Counted from the first letter of the stretch, positions 43,981 to 54,087 are shown. The stretch: 64,000 nucleotides of DNA from an uncultured Candidatus Saccharibacteria bacterium (GCA_964645245.1 CAZYBS010000003.1:9366-73365); one strand, 5' to 3'. Notes: generated by a model from the letters alone, not told the origin. Numbers and translations: made by a program.

Positions 43981-44338
43981 TTACAACAAATGACCTCCTT
44001 TAGGAAATAGTCTGTCAAACTCTGTCTCAATTTGTTCAATCTCTACTGGCGTTAAAACTCTATTTTTGTAATCAAATGATTCGATATATGAAATTAGTTC
44101 TTGAATCGTTTCTTCATTTATCCCACTGGAAGTATGGAATATACTATCTTTAAGCCCAGTGATTAGTTCCTGAAGCTTTCCCAGTAAACGAGCAATTTGC
44201 CCTCTAGAAGACTCAACAGTAACCTCTACCGCGGGCTGTCGCTGGATCTTTATAAAAATCCAACCTCAAGGGCGTCATCGTAGTGGTAAACCAATGCCTT
44301 AAATATGAATTTGGAGATTGTTTAAATTCTTCAACCAT
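43981..44338 (-). pseudogene. Possible frameshifted hypothetical gene
   Basis: ATG at 44338 gives 41 aa; an overlapping start-less frame runs about 90 codons to TAA at 43981. Confidence 0.3.
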
Positions 44339-44342
44339 AAAA

Positions 44343-45026
44343 TTATTTTATCTGACTTAACTGTTGCATTACCGCTTCGTATGGTTGAGCGCCTCGGATG
44401 TTGTCGATAACTTTACCGTTTACCAAAATGAAAGAAGCTGGGGTTCCGTTTACGCCGGCTTTGTTTCCATCATCAATATCAGCCTGAACTTTGTCTTTAA
44501 ATTTTCCGCTATTAAGACAAGTATTAAAGGAAGCTACATCAAGTCCGACATATTCTGCAATCTTAGGGAGTTCTGCCGCATTAAGACCATCATTGGATGG
44601 AGTAATTTCAAAAAGTCTGTCGGTATATTTCCAGAAAGCATCATTTCCACCTTGTTCCCATGCGCATTCTGTCGCTTCCGCTTCATGGAAGGCTTTTGGA
44701 TGAAGCTGGGCAATTGGGTAATGTCTGTATACCCAAGCCACTTTATTGTTGTTGGCCACCACTTTGTGCATTGTGTTATGGAATATTTTACAAAACGGAC
44801 ATTCAAGGTCCGAGTATTCTACGATAACTATTTTGGCATTCATATTTCCTATAATATGATCATTTAATGAAATGGCTCTGCCTTGCGAAGTTGTGTTTTT
44901 AGCATTATTGGCAATTGGCGCATAACCTGCCGGCGGCTTGCTTCCTTTGAGCAGGATCGCTCCAGCGATCAGAACTCCCACCACAAGTATTGCTCCAACT
45001 ATTGGTCTTTGGTCGTTATTTTGCAT
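44343..45026 (-). CDS. DsbA-family thiol:disulfide oxidoreductase
   Basis: EYSDLECPFC, YRHYP, GVNGTP, GAQP; N-terminal TM. Confidence 0.92.
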   Translation of the reverse strand: MQNNDQRPIVGAILVVGVLIAGAILLKGSKPPAGYAPIANNAKNTTSQGRAISLNDHIIGNMNAKIVIVEYSDLECPFCKIFHNTMHKVVANNNKVAWVYRHYPIAQLHPKAFHEAEATECAWEQGGNDAFWKYTDRLFEITPSNDGLNAAELPKIAEYVGLDVASFNTCLNSGKFKDKVQADIDDGNKAGVNGTPASFILVNGKVIDNIRGAQPYEAVMQQLSQIK

Positions 45027-45171
45027 TTTTATATGTTATTATAATAATGTGTTATATTGTACACATTATATTTTGACTTGCAACAAGCGTAGAGGTATAA
45101 TTGTAGCATTAATATCAACCTGCTTGACTTGTCGTTTCGGGCGGGACTTATAAGCTAATATTAAAAAATAT

Positions 45172-45459
45172 ATGTGTGGTTCAAAATGTGGTAGCGGGGG
45201 ATGTAATATGTCTATGGTCGTTAGAGTTTTGGTAATTGTTGGAGGCGTAAATTGGGGTTTGGTAGGGCTCGGAATGCTTTTGGGCAGCGATTTGAATGTT
45301 GTTCATATGGTTCTAGGTTCTGTGCCGACTCCGGAGGCAGTCGTTTACTTACTAGTAGGTGTTGCGGCAGTTATGAAGATTTTTGGCTGCAAGTGCAAGA
45401 AGTGCATGGCGGCATGTGCTACTTGTGGCACCGATAGTAAAATGGGAGGCAGTATGTAG
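45172..45459 (+). CDS. DUF378-like small membrane protein
   Basis: LVIVGGVNWGLVG, VYLLVGVAA; Cys-rich ends. Confidence 0.75.
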   Translation: MCGSKCGSGGCNMSMVVRVLVIVGGVNWGLVGLGMLLGSDLNVVHMVLGSVPTPEAVVYLLVGVAAVMKIFGCKCKKCMAACATCGTDSKMGGSM

Positions 45460-45476
45460 TCTTACTCATAAACAAT

Positions 45477-46721
45477 ATGGCTTTGATTCCGAATGTAGTA
45501 TTTTATATATTAATTTTTTTGTCTGTTTACGTGCAGGTGTTTTTTCTCATTACCTTTCTGGAGAATAGAAAAAAAATAATTGTTAGAAACGGTAAAATGA
45601 AACTCTCTAATTATCCGGCAGTGACGATTGTGGTGCCTTGCTGGAATGAAGAAAAAACGGTTTACCAAACTGTCCGCTCTCTGCTTGATTTGAATTATCC
45701 AAAAGATAAAGTTAAAATTTTCCTGGTTGATGATGGATCCACCGATAGTACCTGGAATATTATTCGTAAGTTTGAAAAATATCCAAATATAAAAATTTTT
45801 CGTAAAGAAAACGGGGGAAAATACACTGCGCTTAATCTGGGACTGGAACATTTTAAGACTGATTTTTTTGGTGGCCTGGACGCTGATTCATTCGTGGATT
45901 CGGAGTCCCTTATTCGCATTATGAGTTATTTTGAAAAAGACCCGAGTGTTATGGCTGTCGCTCCCTCGGTGACTGTGCATAATCCAAAAAACTTCATTCA
46001 AAATGCCCAGAAAGCTGAATATCATATGAGTGTTTATCTTAAAAAAATGCTTGGTTTTTTGGGAGCTATCAACGTGACTCCGGGACCCCTGACGATTTTT
46101 CGCAAGAAAGTTTTTGACGATTTAGGGCCTTATCGACATGGACACAATACGGAAGATATGGAGATTGCTTATCGGATGCAGAAAAATCATTATAAAATAG
46201 AACACTGCAACGACGCGTATGTTTACACCAATACACCAACGACGACGAAGAAGCTTTACCGACAGAGGTTGCGCTGGATCTATGGTTTTATTAATAACAC
46301 TCTTGATTACAAGAGCATTTTATTTAGAAAAGAATACGGGAATTTTTCTGTTTTTACTTTACCCATGGGTATCGTCTCTATTCTGACTGTCAGTTATCTT
46401 TTCGGCAGAATAGTTTATAATTTAGGTGATTTTTTATATTCAAAAATTTTAGTTTTTAAAACTGTAGGGTGGCATTTCACTACTCAAGCTTATAATTTTG
46501 ATTCATTCTTCCTAAATGCGCGGTCTTTTTTATTCCTGGTTATCCTGATCTATTTTTTGGTGATTTTTTCAATGATTTTTGGGCGAAAAATGGCGGAAGG
46601 AAAATGGAGGCTCTCTTTGAGTATGATATATTTCTTTCCTATTTTTAGCATTATTGCTCCATTTTGGCTTATGAAGGCAGTTTACAATACTCTTTTAAAG
46701 AGAAAACCGGCTTGGAGATAA
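45477..46721 (+). CDS. GT2 processive glycosyltransferase (PgaC/IcaA-like)
   Basis: VPCWNE, DDGSTD, LDAD, TED, QRLRW motif. Confidence 0.9.
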   Translation: MALIPNVVFYILIFLSVYVQVFFLITFLENRKKIIVRNGKMKLSNYPAVTIVVPCWNEEKTVYQTVRSLLDLNYPKDKVKIFLVDDGSTDSTWNIIRKFEKYPNIKIFRKENGGKYTALNLGLEHFKTDFFGGLDADSFVDSESLIRIMSYFEKDPSVMAVAPSVTVHNPKNFIQNAQKAEYHMSVYLKKMLGFLGAINVTPGPLTIFRKKVFDDLGPYRHGHNTEDMEIAYRMQKNHYKIEHCNDAYVYTNTPTTTKKLYRQRLRWIYGFINNTLDYKSILFRKEYGNFSVFTLPMGIVSILTVSYLFGRIVYNLGDFLYSKILVFKTVGWHFTTQAYNFDSFFLNARSFLFLVILIYFLVIFSMIFGRKMAEGKWRLSLSMIYFFPIFSIIAPFWLMKAVYNTLLKRKPAWR

Positions 46722-46725
46722 ACAT

Positions 46726-47424
46726 ATGAATGATAATATTGATTGGAAAAAATACTTAATTGTGTTTTTGATTACCGTGGGTCTTTTTTTAACTGCTGGT
46801 TATTTGAGTAATTATTTTGGCAATAAGAAAATTAATCAGATAAAATCAATTCAAGATAAAATTGCCATTAATATCCTATCTTCGGAGACGCAGTTTTCTC
46901 TACTTCAAGAGCTTTCTTGCAAGAATGTTTCCGGATCCCTTTTATCAGCCGAGCTGGATGAGCTTGGACGTAAGCTGGAATGGGGGCAGAAAAACTTGGG
47001 TTCTACTGATGAAGTTTCTTACCTGAAGAAACATTATTCCCTTCTTCAAATTAAAGATTATCTTTTAGCAAAGAAAATTTCTGCGCGTTGTGGAGTTAAA
47101 TCCGCGTTTATTCTTTTTTTCTACACGACAGCAGAAAATTGCGGTGAATGTGAAAAGGAAGGATTTGTGCTCACAGACCTTCGTGATCGATATCCAGAAC
47201 TGCGTGTTTATTCCTTTGACTACAGTATAGATCTTTCAGCTGTAAAAGCGATGCTTCAAATTTACAAAATAAAAGACACCGAACTGCCGGCGCTCATTCT
47301 GGATGATGAGTTATTAACCGGCTTTCATAGCATTGAAGAGCTTGAGTCTCGCATCAAAGAATCTTTCAAGCTTCAAGAAATGAAACCGGCAGGTAATACT
47401 AAGGATACAAAAAAAAGTTCTTAA
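46726..47424 (+). CDS. Membrane-anchored protein with thioredoxin-like CXXC domain
   Basis: N-terminal TM; FFYT...CGEC; YSFD...LPAL. Confidence 0.6.
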   Translation: MNDNIDWKKYLIVFLITVGLFLTAGYLSNYFGNKKINQIKSIQDKIAINILSSETQFSLLQELSCKNVSGSLLSAELDELGRKLEWGQKNLGSTDEVSYLKKHYSLLQIKDYLLAKKISARCGVKSAFILFFYTTAENCGECEKEGFVLTDLRDRYPELRVYSFDYSIDLSAVKAMLQIYKIKDTELPALILDDELLTGFHSIEELESRIKESFKLQEMKPAGNTKDTKKSS

Positions 47425-47579
47425 CCGGAGTATCTTTATGACTGCGCTCGAACCTACTTTATCAAAAACGGCTGAAAAAAGACAGCCACTCCGCCGCCCG
47501 CCGAAAAATCAGTTCGGCTCGGCGACTTTGAGTTTGTAGACCGCTTTGGCGCCCTCTTTGTTTTTTAAGATTCTGCAGA

Positions 47580-48110
47580 TTACGAACCCGGAATGTAGCA
47601 AACAGGAAAGGCAGCAACTCCCACTACCCACTCTCCTTCTGCTCCACACAGAAGATCCCCGCTCGGTCCCCCTTCAAGAGAGCAGCATTGCGGCAGGTTT
47701 GTTTCTTGGATAAAAGAAATATCTCCGCAGGCGCCAGAATGTACCTCTTCCTTGGAAACCTTTATACAGCTTGGGGCTATTCCGCAGCTTGCAAGGATCT
47801 CCTCTGGGCTGAGTGGAAAGCCAGCAAGTTCATTCATCATAAGGCACTGTTGGGATTTCGCTGCTATCTTTTCCTGCTGGCGGATATAGTTTTTAGAGTC
47901 TGGATTCATTTCCAGCCAGCCAGCCAGCATATCACTGCACGAGAGCATACATCCAGCCACGCTTTCTGCATCGGCGCTTTTTCGGTGCTGGATATTCTTG
48001 TCAAATCCAAAGCCTTGAGCCAGGACTCCTTGTCCAAATAAAACTCCAAGGGCGAGAATTATTCCCGCAACCACGATACTAATTGGAAGAAAATTCTTTG
48101 GCATATTCAT
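47580..48110 (-). CDS. Hypothetical exported Cys-rich protein
   Basis: Signal-like N-terminus LPISIVVAGIILA; multiple Cys. Confidence 0.55.
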   Translation of the reverse strand: MNMPKNFLPISIVVAGIILALGVLFGQGVLAQGFGFDKNIQHRKSADAESVAGCMLSCSDMLAGWLEMNPDSKNYIRQQEKIAAKSQQCLMMNELAGFPLSPEEILASCGIAPSCIKVSKEEVHSGACGDISFIQETNLPQCCSLEGGPSGDLLCGAEGEWVVGVAAFPVCYIPGS

Positions 48111-48220
48111 AATTTAGCTATTATTAAGTGCTTGACGCTTTTTCACGTGGATTCGACTATTGTCCACAACGTCGAGTTGATACTTTAACTTTATCATGCG
48201 AGGTGGGTCAAGTCAAATTC

Positions 48221-48296
48221 TGGAGCCGCCTCTCGGACTCGAACCGAGGACCGACTGTTTACAAAACAGTTGCTCTACCAACTGAGCTAAGGCGGC
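48221..48296 (-). tRNA. tRNA-Thr(UGU)
   Basis: GCCGCCTTAGCTCAGTTGGTAGAGC, ACTGT-TTTGTAA-ACAGT, GGTTCGAGTCC, CCA. Confidence 0.96.
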
Positions 48297-48526
48297 AATA
48301 CTTTCTTTAAAAATCTTCTTCCTGCTGCTGACTTTAAATATAATTCTCTTTTTCTTGCCTCTTCAAATGTAGCATATCGTTCTTTATAAACAAGTATTAA
48401 CTCTTTCATGTGGTTCGTAGTTATTGTGTGCCCAGAATGGTGTTCAGCCAGTCTTCTTTTCAGATTATTTGTCATTCCCTTATATACTTTTCCTTTATTA
48501 TCTTTTAGTACATAAACTGTAAACAT
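48287..48526 (-). CDS. Small stand-alone GIY-YIG nuclease
   Basis: VYVL...YKGMTNNLKRRLAEHHSG...ARKRELYLKS. Confidence 0.88.
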   Translation of the reverse strand: MFTVYVLKDNKGKVYKGMTNNLKRRLAEHHSGHTITTNHMKELILVYKERYATFEEARKRELYLKSAAGRRFLKKVLPP

Positions 48527-48529
48527 ATT

Positions 48530-48610
48530 TTTACAAAACAGTTACTCCTACCAACTCCCGCCCGAACGTGCCGAAAGCAGTTCGGTACGGGCGGGGAGCT
48601 TTATTCCGGC
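48530..48610 (-). pseudogene. Degenerate tRNA-Thr 5' half interrupted by a 39-bp palindromic element
   Basis: GCCGGAATAAAGCTC[39 bp]AGTTGGTAGGAGTAACTGTTTTGTAAA versus tRNA AGCTCAGTTGGTAGAGCAACTGTTTTGTAAA. Confidence 0.75.
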
Positions 48611-48625
48611 GAATTATTTACTACT

Positions 48626-49039
48626 CTACAAATTCCTTTCCTCTTCATGTATTTTATGCTTAATTTCTCTGATTTTGTTTTTATAGTCTGAAATCATTTT
48701 TAGGAACTTATTTACTTCGGCTTTTTCTGGTAAGTCACCATTTAAACCATTTTTATTTTTACCACTTACATTTTTTATTTTGATTTTTACTTCTTCGTAT
48801 TGATATTTTAAAAAATTAGAAGAGCGGATATAAAATCGCAATGTTATGACCAGACCCATATGTCCGTATTTTTTTATATTTTTAGTAACGAAATGCCTAA
48901 TTTCTTCCAAGTGTGGAACTTCAAATAAAACTTCTTCTCTATTCGGGGTTTGTCCATTTTTAAATAAAACTAATTTTTTCCCGAGCATAATAATAATCCC
49001 TAGGAGTGATATGAAAAATAAAATTAAAAGTATATACAT
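48626..49039 (-). CDS. Hypothetical single-TM protein
   Basis: N-terminal TM, Lys-rich; co-oriented downstream of tsf. Confidence 0.6.
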   Translation of the reverse strand: MYILLILFFISLLGIIIMLGKKLVLFKNGQTPNREEVLFEVPHLEEIRHFVTKNIKKYGHMGLVITLRFYIRSSNFLKYQYEEVKIKIKNVSGKNKNGLNGDLPEKAEVNKFLKMISDYKNKIREIKHKIHEEERNL

Positions 49040-49040
49040 A

Positions 49041-49508
49041 TTATTTCTTTGAAAGCTCAAATCGCGCGAAGCGCCCGATCTCTATTCTTTCACCAGTTTT
49101 TTGGACAGCTTCTTCAACGAGCGAGACGACCTTTGTCTCTGGATTTTTTATAAAAGGTTCCTGCAAGAGAGCCTGGATATCCTTGGGCCCCGTGGCCGCT
49201 ATTTGCATGGCTATCTCTTTGGCTAAAGTTTTGAAAACTTCGTTTTTAGCCACAAAGTCCGTTTCGCACAAAAGCTCAACCATGGCGCCAATTTTGCCTT
49301 CACCGTGAACATAGGTATGTACATAGCCTGAACCAAGCAATCGGTCAAGCTTTTTCAAGGCGATATCAGAGCCCGTCTTTTTTAGAATAGCCAGCGCTTT
49401 TTTCATATCACCTTCGGCCTCTGTGAGCGCGCGCTTGCACTGCATCACGGAAATTCCCGTAGCACCTCTTAATTCTTTTACAAGTTCAGTTGTTATTTTT
49501 GTAGGCAT
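49041..49508 (-). CDS. tsf: Elongation factor Ts (short form)
   Basis: VKELRGATGISVMQCKRAL, CETDFVA, IAMQIAA. Confidence 0.95.
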   Translation of the reverse strand: MPTKITTELVKELRGATGISVMQCKRALTEAEGDMKKALAILKKTGSDIALKKLDRLLGSGYVHTYVHGEGKIGAMVELLCETDFVAKNEVFKTLAKEIAMQIAATGPKDIQALLQEPFIKNPETKVVSLVEEAVQKTGERIEIGRFARFELSKK

Positions 49509-49512
49509 ATTT

Positions 49513-49546
49513 GCTTGCCCCGTACCGAGCTTTGCTCTATATGGGG
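49513..49546. repeat. Intergenic palindromic element related to the trmD insertion
   Basis: Reverse complement ccccatatagagcaaagctcggtacggggcaagc. Confidence 0.65.
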
Positions 49547-49547
49547 T

Positions 49548-50273
49548 TTAAGATGCTTTAGGAAGCGCAGCCATTTGGCCTTCTTTATAAGCATCAGCAA
49601 TTGATACGGTGAAAAACTTAATAGATGGTATACCAGAATCATTACCAACTATAGGGTAATCAACACCTTTGATATCCGAGTCGGAATTTACTAAAGAAAT
49701 TATAGGCACGTTCGATTTTTTAGCCTCGGTCGCAGCGATATGTTCTGTTCTTGCGTCTACAATAAATAATGCGTCAGGAGTCTTTTTTAAACCGATAAGC
49801 CCGGAGTAATATCTTGAAAGTTTCTCCATTTTTTTTGCCAAAACCACCCGTTCTTTTTTGGTGTATTTATCAAGTCTGCCTTCGGTGCTGTCTTTGCGAT
49901 AATTTTCAAGTTCGTTGATTCTCTTTTTTATTTCTGTGAAATTAGAGAGCGTTCCCCCAATCCATCTCTCCACCACGTACGGCATATTCAGAGATTCTGC
50001 TATGTTTTTAGTTATTTCTTTTGCTTCCGGCTTTGTGCCGACAAAAAGAATAACTTTGCCGGCGGCTCCCAGACTTTTTACAAATTCCAAAGCGCGTTCC
50101 AGTATAACAGCCGTTTTTTCAAGGTCTATTATATCATTTTTGTTTTTTGTGGCATATATATAGGGAGATACGGAAGGGTGCCTTCTGGTCCTTCCATAGC
50201 CGTAATGCGCTCCGGCCTTGAACATTTTTTCTATTATATTATCAGCTTCTTTCTTGTTTTCCGCTTTTTGCAT
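49548..50273 (-). CDS. rpsB: 30S ribosomal protein S2
   Basis: AGAHYG, ILFVGTK, RWIGGTLSN, PIVGND. Confidence 0.96.
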   Translation of the reverse strand: MQKAENKKEADNIIEKMFKAGAHYGYGRTRRHPSVSPYIYATKNKNDIIDLEKTAVILERALEFVKSLGAAGKVILFVGTKPEAKEITKNIAESLNMPYVVERWIGGTLSNFTEIKKRINELENYRKDSTEGRLDKYTKKERVVLAKKMEKLSRYYSGLIGLKKTPDALFIVDARTEHIAATEAKKSNVPIISLVNSDSDIKGVDYPIVGNDSGIPSIKFFTVSIADAYKEGQMAALPKAS

Positions 50274-50520
50274 ATGGATTAATATAGCAGAAGGGCTCCT
50301 TTTTTGCAAGATCTAAATTTTGTATAACAGTGTGGATAAAGCAAGGATTTCCTACAAGTAAATATAGTAAAAGAATGGTGCTTATTTAAAGATTTACAGA
50401 CCTTGCTTTATTTATTAGGTAGTAGTAAATTATAAGCATAAAGGTACAATAACATTTATTAACTAATATTAATTTCTTGAAGTTGACCGATTGGGTCATA
50501 TAAGGGAAAGGAGAAAAAAT

Positions 50521-50889
50521 ATGGACGAAAGAAAATTTGGAAGTGTGCCTCCACAGGAGGGTATGAAGACTGAGGCTGAGAAAGCAAAGGATGTAAGAGA
50601 TCGGATAGGCGCGAGCCCTGGACACGGTTCGCATTATGAATGGGATAACGGAATTGATAGAGTGCCTAATGTTAGTGAGGCAGCAGCATTGCTTGATGAG
50701 ATGCGTCGGTTGATTCGCGCACAAATGAATGAGCGCTTGCATTTTGCAGACCGTAGCTTTACAGAGAACACCGTTCAATCATTGGCTAATCGTGCCGCAA
50801 AACGATTAGGTGTTACGGTCGAAGAAATTATGGCCGAGTGCAAAGAAAAAGATACTACTGCCGATATTGAAGCTTACCGAAAAAAGTAA
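50521..50889 (+). CDS. Hypothetical protein
   Basis: aaggag SD before ATG at 50521; about 122 aa. Confidence 0.55.
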   Translation: MDERKFGSVPPQEGMKTEAEKAKDVRDRIGASPGHGSHYEWDNGIDRVPNVSEAAALLDEMRRLIRAQMNERLHFADRSFTENTVQSLANRAAKRLGVTVEEIMAECKEKDTTADIEAYRKK

Positions 50890-50898
50890 CACCTTCTT

Positions 50899-50919
50899 TA
50901 TAGACGTCCGACATCTACA
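50899..50919. repeat. REP copy upstream of RAYT-2
   Basis: tatagacgtccgacatctaca. Confidence 0.8.
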
Positions 50920-50935
50920 GTGATATATTATAGGC

Positions 50936-51637
50936 ATGAGAAAACATCCTTTTATCACTGGTTCATATTTTCATATTTACAACAGAGGCGTTGATAAACG
51001 TGATATTTTCATGGACGGAAAAGATGTGGAAAGATTTTTATTGTGCATGAAGTTGTTTGCATATAAAGATCCCGTAGGAAGTTTAGAATTAGCGCTTCGT
51101 GAACAAGAATCATTTGTAGACGTTCGACATCTCCAAATTCCGGCAGATAGAAAACGATTGGTTTCCATTGTTGAATATTGTCTTAACCCAAATCATTTTC
51201 ATTTTATACTGAAACAGGAACTTGGTGGTGGTATTAGTGAATTTATGAAGCGATTACAGGGTGGTTACACAAGGTATTTTAATGATAAAAATAACCGTAG
51301 CGGAGCGTTACTTCAAGGTAAATTTAAATCAAGCTACGCAGAGAAAGAAAATTATTTTGAAATGCTTTTTGCATATGTGATGTGGAATTATAAGGTCCAC
51401 AATATCTCTAAAAATAAATTAAAATTAACACGTAGTAGTGAAGAAGAATATAAAACAGCCAATTTTTATATAATAAATCCAAAAGAAGGAAAAAAGTTTT
51501 TAGAATGGTTCGGTGATTATAAAAGTTTCCTTAAACATGGAAAGGAAATAATTGATCTGGTGCGGGAAAGTAGGGGTAAGAAACCCTGGAAAGCCGACAG
51601 TAAAGAGGAAGTAAGTTTTGATTATAATGATGATTAA
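50936..51637 (+). mobile_element. REP-associated HUH/Y1 tyrosine transposase (RAYT-like)
   Basis: FHIYNRGVDKRDIF, YCLNPNHFHFIL, YFNDKNNRSGALLQGKFKS; REPs on both sides and inside. Confidence 0.85.
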
Positions 51638-51638
51638 A

Positions 51639-51659
51639 TGTAGACGTCCGACGTCTACA
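51639..51659. repeat. REP copy downstream of RAYT-2
   Basis: tgtagacgtccgacgtctaca palindrome. Confidence 0.85.
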
Positions 51660-51736
51660 AAGGTGTCTATAGACGAAAGGTAAGAATTACATTTTTCTGC
51701 TTTGACCAAAAGACTTTTTTCGGTTAAGATGAGTTA

Positions 51737-53020
51737 ATGAAACAATCAAAACTTTTTACTAAAACTAGGAAAGAAATACCGGCGGACGAAGTGTCTAAAA
51801 ACGCCGAATTACTTATTCGCGGGGGCTTTATTCACAAGGAAATGGCTGGAGTTTACAGCTATTTGCCCCTGGGACTTCGGGTGCTGAAGAAAATTGAAAA
51901 TATAATTAGAGAAGAAATGAATAAAGTTGGCGGGCAGGAAGTCCTGATGTCTTCTTTTCAACCAAAAGAAAATTGGGAAAAAACCGGCCGATGGGAGGTA
52001 ATGGATGATTTGTATAAAGTGAGTGATGCGTCCGGCCGGGAAGTTGCCTTGGGTCCCACTCATGAAGAGATTGTTGTCCCTATTTTAAAAAATTATGTTT
52101 CCTCGCACAAAGATTTTCCTATATATATTTATCAGATTCAAAACAAATTTAGAATGGAACTTCGCGCGAAATCCGGGATGCTTCGGGGCAGAGAATTTGT
52201 CATGAAAGATATGTATTCTTTTCACGCGAGAGCGGAAGATTTTGAAAAATTTTATAATAAAATGAAAGATGTTTATAAGACTATTTTTCAAAGAGTCGGT
52301 ATTGGCCACTTGACTTATATAACTTTCGCTTCGGGCGGAACTTTCTCCAAATATTCACACGAATTTCAGACCATTACTCCCATCGGTGAAGATATTATTT
52401 ATGTTGACGAAGCAAGCGGTACGGCCATCAATCAAGAAGTTTTTAATGATGAAGTTTTAAGCCAGCTAAATTTGACCAAAGAAAAATTAATTGAGCATAA
52501 GGCTATTGAAATCGGTAATATTTTTGACTTAAAGACAAAATATTCACAGCCATTTGACTTATCGTACACGGACGAAAAAGGAGAAAAACACATTGTTTTG
52601 ATGGGTTGTTATGGCATAGGATTAGGACGTCTTTTAGGCACGGTAGTAGAGGTTCTTTCCGATGATAAGGGCATCATTTGGCCGGAATCAATAGCGCCGT
52701 TTCAAGTGCATTTATTGGCTCTGGGAGATGATGAGGAAATTTCAATGGAAGCTGATAAAGTTTACCAGAGTTTATTGAAAGCTAATATTGAAGTTTTATT
52801 TGACGATAGGAGAGATGTGTCGGCCGGAGAAAAGTTTGCTGATTCGGATTTACTGGGTATTCCTTGGCGCGCAGTTATTTCTACTCGAAGTTTAAAAGAG
52901 GGAGGGATAGAATTAAAAAAACGTACGGAACCCGCCTCCGCTAAAGCTTCGGACGGGCAAGGAAAAAGTAAAATTGTTTCACTAAAAGAATTAATCAAAT
53001 TACTAGCACCTAGAACCTAG
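51737..53020 (+). CDS. proS: Prolyl-tRNA synthetase (short form without INS editing domain)
   Basis: LGPTHEE, QNKFRMELR, REFVMKDMYSF, MGCYGIG, GEKFADSDLLG. Confidence 0.93.
   Translation: MKQSKLFTKTRKEIPADEVSKNAELLIRGGFIHKEMAGVYSYLPLGLRVLKKIENIIREEMNKVGGQEVLMSSFQPKENWEKTGRWEVMDDLYKVSDASGREVALGPTHEEIVVPILKNYVSSHKDFPIYIYQIQNKFRMELRAKSGMLRGREFVMKDMYSFHARAEDFEKFYNKMKDVYKTIFQRVGIGHLTYITFASGGTFSKYSHEFQTITPIGEDIIYVDEASGTAINQEVFNDEVLSQLNLTKEKLIEHKAIEIGNIFDLKTKYSQPFDLSYTDEKGEKHIVLMGCYGIGLGRLLGTVVEVLSDDKGIIWPESIAPFQVHLLALGDDEEISMEADKVYQSLLKANIEVLFDDRRDVSAGEKFADSDLLGIPWRAVISTRSLKEGGIELKKRTEPASAKASDGQGKSKIVSLKELIKLLAPRT
52931..52960. repeat. 30-bp palindromic in-frame insertion in proS (PASAKASDGQ)
   Basis: cccgcctccgctaaagcttcggacgggcaa. 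Confidence 0.8.
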
Positions 53021-53034
53021 CACCTAAAACCTAA
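53002..53034. repeat. 7-bp tandem repeat (xACCTAR) array
   Basis: actag-cacctag-aacctag-cacctaa-aacctaa; same heptamer in gyrB at 19400-19430. Confidence 0.7.
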
Positions 53035-53040
53035 TTCAAA

Positions 53041-54087
53041 ATGTTTGAAAAACTTTACAAATTAATTTCCAATGACATCGGTATAGATTTAGGCACATCC
53101 AATACCTTGGTTTATTTAAAAGGCCATGGCATCGTTATCAATGAGCCCTCCGTGGTGGCCGTCAATATCAAGACCAATCAGATTCTAGCTGTCGGCGCGA
53201 AAGCCAAAGAAATGCTGGGCCGCACTCCGGGGCACATTAAAGCTATTCGTCCTCTGGTGGAGGGCGTCATATCGGACTTTGAAATCACCGAAGAGATGCT
53301 TTCATATTTGATAAATAAAGCGAATAAAATATCGAAAAAATTGGCGCGGCCGAGAGTTTTAGTTGGCGTGCCGTCCGGTACAACCAATGTGGAAACGCGC
53401 GCCGTCTATGATGCGGCGCGTTCGGCCGGCGCGCGGGAAGTTTTCTTGGTGGAAGAACCGATGGCCGCCGCTATTGGCATCCGGCTGCCTATTAAAGACC
53501 CGGTCGGCTCGATGATTATAGATATTGGTGGCGGAACGACGGATATTGCGGTAATTTCTTTAGGCGGAGTCGTAAAGTCCAAAAACTTAAAAATAGCCGG
53601 TGATAGATTAAATAATGACATCATCACCTATATGCGTGATGAGTTTAAAATACTGATTGGCGAGAGAACTGCCGAGATGGTGAAGATTGCCATCGGTTCT
53701 GTTATTCCCGGAGAATACATGGAAACAGAAGTTCATGGGCGTGATCTTCTGACCGGACTGCCCCGTGCCGTGACGGTGACCGATGCCGATATCCGTGAGG
53801 CGCTTTTATTGTCAATTAAAGGATTGGTAGAGGGTGTGAAAGATATGCTGGAAACGACACCGCCGGAAATTTTATCTGACATAATGCATCGGGGGATTAC
53901 TCTCTCCGGCGGTGGGGCGCTCTTGCCCGGACTGGACCAGCTTTTACAGCGCGTTCTCAAAATTCCGGTTTACGTGGTAGAAGACCCGCTTTCGTCTGTC
54001 GCTCGCGGGACCGGAGTAATTTTAGATGATATTCCATTTTATCAAGAAGTTTTGATTGGGAATCAAAATGAGTTACCTCCTAGATAG
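53041..54087 (+). CDS. mreB: Rod shape-determining protein MreB
   Basis: IGIDLGTSNT, EPSVVA, EEPMAAAIG, DIGGGTT, LSGGGAL. Confidence 0.97.
   Translation: MFEKLYKLISNDIGIDLGTSNTLVYLKGHGIVINEPSVVAVNIKTNQILAVGAKAKEMLGRTPGHIKAIRPLVEGVISDFEITEEMLSYLINKANKISKKLARPRVLVGVPSGTTNVETRAVYDAARSAGAREVFLVEEPMAAAIGIRLPIKDPVGSMIIDIGGGTTDIAVISLGGVVKSKNLKIAGDRLNNDIITYMRDEFKILIGERTAEMVKIAIGSVIPGEYMETEVHGRDLLTGLPRAVTVTDADIREALLLSIKGLVEGVKDMLETTPPEILSDIMHRGITLSGGGALLPGLDQLLQRVLKIPVYVVEDPLSSVARGTGVILDDIPFYQEVLIGNQNELPPR

Noticed and set aside
47476-47562. GC-rich partly paired stretch between convergent genes as an ncRNA
   Set aside because: Only a weak hairpin (gccgaa...ttcggc); no recognisable family and no second copy in the window.
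48287-48526. GIY-YIG gene as an intron-encoded ORF within tRNA-Thr
   Set aside because: No group I core elements, and a complete uninterrupted tRNA follows.
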